A stretch of DNA of 63,674 nt, counting the filler. It is 12 parts of 12 records of this genome, joined end to end, with 100 filler letters (N's around TTAATTAATTAA, not from the genome) between each part and the next. Parts side by side here need not be neighbours in the genome. Positions count along the whole stretch, not along the records: positions 59,896 to 63,674 come from SRR7504441_2063; 11 more parts are not named here. One strand, given 5' to 3'. The translations under genes were made by a program, and so were the position numbers. Below the pieces are notes generated by a model. It did no database searches. It was not told the origin of the DNA and was given only the letters and a program-made list of their open reading frames with translations. This document shows, in pieces, positions 61,221 through 63,674 of this stretch (positions are counted from its first letter, which is position 1; every line of letters begins with the position of its first letter).

Positions 61221-63524
61221 ATGCGGCTGGTGGTGCGGGTGGTGGAGGCCCACAACCTGCTCCGCTTCCCAGCGTACGTCAAGTTCCGTTGGCGCGGGGC
61301 CAAGCACAGGACGCACGAGCTGGCCACCTCGGAGCCGGTGTGGGACGAGTCGTTCGTGATCCCCGTTGACGGCACAGAGCTCGAGGCCGAGCTCAGCCTG
61401 GAAGTCTGGAAGCATAACAAGGCATGCGCAACACCGGCCGCTGCCCGCCGGCCCGAGCCTCTGGCTGTAGGTGACCGCTAATGAGCTGCTGGGCTGCGTC
61501 CGACTGCCGCTCACCCAGCTCACGGCCCCAGTCTCGCCGTCGGGCCAGGCTAGGCCACGGCTCGAGATGAGCGGCTGGTTCGAGATAGAGCACCCACTTG
61601 GCCCGGAGCAGGCGCCAGAGGGCAGCACGCTGCTGGTTGAGATGCTGCTCTGGGGCGATACCAACCTCCCAAAGCCTCCGGAGGCCGAGCCAGTGTTCGG
61701 CCAGCCGCCTGCAGCTCGCCTGGGGCCTTTCTTTGGGTGCCCGCTCGAGAAGGCCGCGAAGCGCTCCAAGGGCAGGCTGGTGCCCTGGCCCGTAGCCAGC
61801 ATAGTGGCGTGGCTGCGTGCACATGCGTTGAATTCAGAGTGGCTGTTTCGAGTGAGAAATGCGCTGCAGGCAGGGCGCTGAGTGTGCAGCCCGCAGGTGC
61901 CGTCCAACTTGGTGAGCAGGAAGCTAGTGCGGCAGAGCAGCGCCAGTGACCAGGAAAGGGTCGATCAATTGGCCGATTCGTTTGACGACAGCACCAGCGA
62001 AGCTGACACCATCATCCCAGGCACCTCTTTGCCAGTGCTATTGACAACAGCAGGGCGGGCAGCGCGCGAGCCAGTAAGGGTGGTGTGTGGGCTGTTACGG
62101 CGTTTCCTGGAACAAGCGACAGGCCACCCGTCATTATCAGCAATCCTGCATTCAGAAGTAGCCCGATCTGCGCCCTTGGCTGTGACCAAGCTTGTGTGCA
62201 TAGATGGAGCAGCGGCTGTATAAGGCTGTCAGCAGAGAGGATTCACTTTGTGGCAAAGTAGCAATCTTCCGGCGGGAGATAGGGCTGCTGCCCCCATGCT
62301 TTGTCGCCACCATCGGGTAAGCTGCAGCTTGGCGCAACGCCTCAGCAAGGACAGGTCAATTGCACAGCTTCTGCGAGAGGCGTGCCAGCCGGAGCACACC
62401 AGACGCACCAGTCTGGATCCAGTTGGCCTCGGGGTGCTGCTAGGCGGGGGCTGGGTTGCAGCGAGGCGCCCAGCTGTTGTGCTGAACGGCCGCAGGTGCT
62501 TGAATTCATTATTGCCCATCTGGACAAGCTCTATGACCCCACGACCGGACTGCTCTTCTTGGTGAGAAGCTGGCTTGGAATGGGCACTCACCGAGTTTCC
62601 AGACCTTGGACGAAGCCCTGCTTAAGCAGAGCACCGAGCTGATCAGGAGGTCCTCAGTGCACAGCTCCATCGATACGGACCTGCCTCGCATGGCCTCCAT
62701 GATCAATTTCTCCAAAGGCTCTGACAACACTCTAGGCAGCTTTCCAGCCGCGCCCGTGGCCCCTGATACTGTTGCAGATGACGATTTTGCTGACCACTTG
62801 ACGGAGCTTCGGTCCGGGGATCGCGCCAAGGCAACTGTGGAGCTCCTGCTCACAACGTTAGACGGGCTGACTGGGCCGATAGCCATGAACAAGCTTTATC
62901 AAGGTATGCTTGACTGCAGGTTTGGTGCTGACCGATGCTCAAGGGGTCAGAAACCAGCTCAGTTCCGAGGGACTTACCACCGAAGACAGCGCGGCTGTGT
63001 TGGTGCTCTGTCTGTGTACGCAGGCGCCGGTGCTGCTAGCGGGGCACAAATTGCTAGAGTCAATTAGAGACCAAGGCTTCAACTACCAAGATATCAGCAG
63101 CCGGAACAGCTGGCGGGTGGAGGTCACCTTGCACCGAGATACAGTCGAAGTGCTGCATACACGGCGCGAGCAGGATCAGCGCAACCCGAAGAGCAAGGTG
63201 ACCTGGCCGTTGGCTAGCTCAAGCCTCGCAATCCAGGTCAGCCAGCCGGAGCTGCCGAGCCAGCAGCGGAAGAGATATGAGTTTGTCTGGTCGTGCTGGT
63301 TTGTAGTGCGCAGAAACCCGCCTGAGTTGATCTCGGCACATGGGACTGTCGAGTCAGTGGGCTTCTCTGCACAGGCAAGCGGCGCTTGTTTGCTTGCTAG
63401 AAGCTGGCGGCAGATGCCACCGGAGTTGAAGGCACAACTTTTTGAATTGCTCGCAGCCAAGTTTCACGCGACTGAAGAAGAAGAGACTAGCGTCGAGTTT
63501 GATTCGTATGCCCTTCCTGGCTAA
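61221..63524 (+). CDS. C2-domain plus RhoGAP-domain protein, multi-exon
   Basis: LVVRVVEAHNL...YVKF...EPVWDESF...LSLEVW...LLGCVRLPL (C2); FFGCPLE...VP...IVAWL...EWLFR|VPS (RhoGAP arginine finger). Confidence 0.8.
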
Positions 63525-63574
63525 ATGTTCAGCAATGAATCGATATACGAGTAGTAAAGTGCAACATTTCAGTA

Positions 63575-63656
63575 ATTATTGTTCAGATCGATGGACGGAC
63601 AAATGTTATGTGGTGATTATTGTTCGGATCGATGGACGGACAAATGTTATGTGGTG
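63575..63656. repeat. 41-bp tandem duplication downstream of the C2-RhoGAP stop
   Basis: ATTATTGTTC(A/G)GATCGATGGACGGACAAATGTTATGTGGTG twice, one mismatch. Confidence 0.92.
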
Positions 63657-63674
63657 GGGCTGACCCACTCGACT

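Overview
Eukaryotic DNA, probably from a flagellated protist (enkurin present; lineage not determinable from the sequence). The window is 12 short contigs joined by 11 artificial N-TTAATTAATTAA-N linkers, so adjacency across linkers means nothing. It is GC-rich and gene-dense, with very short (mostly 35-55 nt) spliceosomal introns, frequent GC-AG donors and tight head-to-head gene pairs. Recognisable genes: PX-ArfGAP, enkurin, prenyltransferase alpha subunit, GGCT-like protein, ABHD4/5-like hydrolase, PDI, dolichol kinase, NEMP-like and TLC-domain membrane proteins, a WD40 protein, an F-box/pseudo-CDK/cyclin fusion, a PLAT-domain protein, a DD3-3-like mosaic protein, a multi-PHD chromatin reader, a C2-RhoGAP and several giant coiled-coil proteins. 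Top observation: inside the PDI coding sequence, 23 bp of TTAGGG repeat sits between two perfect 19-bp copies of exon sequence containing AG|GT. This creates a 42-nt GT-AG intron with CTAAC branch-point motifs, suggesting intron birth by telomere-repeat insertion at a staggered break. Exon structures are manual inferences without RNA data.
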